From contig NZ_JAHUZB010000003.1 in NCBI RefSeq assembly GCF_019218635.1, forward strand, positions 483,729 through 507,728: a stretch of DNA of 24,000 bases, given 5' to 3'. The translations under genes and the position numbers were made by a program. Below, piece by piece: positions 23,794 to 24,000 of this stretch (the stretch's first letter is position 1; the number at the start of each line of letters is the position of its first letter). Origin of the DNA: Enterococcus alishanensis. Lineage in GTDB: Bacteria > Bacillota > Bacilli > Lactobacillales > Enterococcaceae. The notes under the pieces were generated by a model, which was given only the letters and a program-made list of their open reading frames with translations, had not been told where the DNA came from and searched no databases.

Positions 23794-24000
23794 TTATGTG
23801 TGCATAATTGCTAAAATCTCTTCTCTGGTAGTCGCATTTTTCAATTGATTTCTAAAATCTTCATCCATTAATTTCCGTGACAACGAACTCAAAATCTGTA
23901 AATGAACATCACTTGATTTTTTTGGGACAATGATTGAAAAAACGCATTCAATCGGTTGACCATCTAATCCTTGATAATCATTTATTTGACCAACATGAGC
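23794..24000 (-). CDS. PTS EIIA component, fructose/mannitol (EIIA-2) type, C-terminal 68 aa only (5' end outside the window)
   Basis: Hand translation of the minus strand gives AHVGQINDYQGLDGQPIECVFSIIVPKKSSDVHLQILSSLSRKLMDEDFRNQLKNATTREEILAIMHT*. The '...VP....HLQ.LS.L.RKLMD..F...L' segment is a typical EIIA-2 C-terminus. It is absent from the track because no start codon lies within the window. Confidence 0.75.
   Translation of the reverse strand, partial: AHVGQINDYQGLDGQPIECVFSIIVPKKSSDVHLQILSSLSRKLMDEDFRNQLKNATTREEILAIMHT

Noticed and set aside
1-24000. CRISPR arrays, tRNA/rRNA genes, IS elements, integrases, prophage remnants, known defence-system genes and long direct or inverted repeats flanking an island
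   Set aside because: Nothing of this kind was visible on reading both strands. Intergenic regions are short and are explained by promoters and terminators. A computational repeat and HMM scan would be needed to exclude subtle cases.

Overview
AT-rich, gene-dense chromosomal segment that looks like a low-GC Firmicute, probably Lactobacillales or Enterococcaceae-like; this is inferred from codon style, strong AGGAGG-type ribosome-binding sites and gene families. I support 28 protein-coding genes. Two are truncated by the window edges, one is a 57-aa ORF missing from the supplied track, and one is a 3' gene fragment also missing from the track. In order: the tail of a class A PBP and a convergent membrane-anchored coiled-coil protein; an amino-acid permease convergent with an Lrp-regulator/aminotransferase pair (AlaR/AlaT-like); a same-strand run of poorly characterised genes (HTH protein, TMEM175/DUF1211-like channel, GNAT, YolD-like, DUF998-like); brnQ; a cold-shock protein; a MerR-controlled cassette (RibD_C-type reductase, MerR, hidden small membrane peptide); an aldo/keto reductase and a DUF2200 protein; an alpha-galactoside operon (GH36, MFS, LacI-type regulator, sugar O-acetyltransferase); and a DeoR/acyltransferase-3 pair next to a fructose-family PTS plus class II aldolase operon. 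Nearly every operon end has a clear rho-independent terminator, and several of these are bidirectional. I see no rRNA or tRNA genes, CRISPR arrays, transposases, integrases or recognisable defence genes, and no pseudogenes. I cannot point to a convincing novel multi-gene system. The best leads are the MerR cassette with its 19-bp-spacer palindromic promoter and unannotated peptide, the heptamer-repeat operator at the alpha-galactosidase promoter, the tailed TMEM175-like protein, and the overlapping acyltransferase/DeoR pair. Many track ORFs carry N-terminal extensions that I trimmed using ribosome-binding-site evidence.
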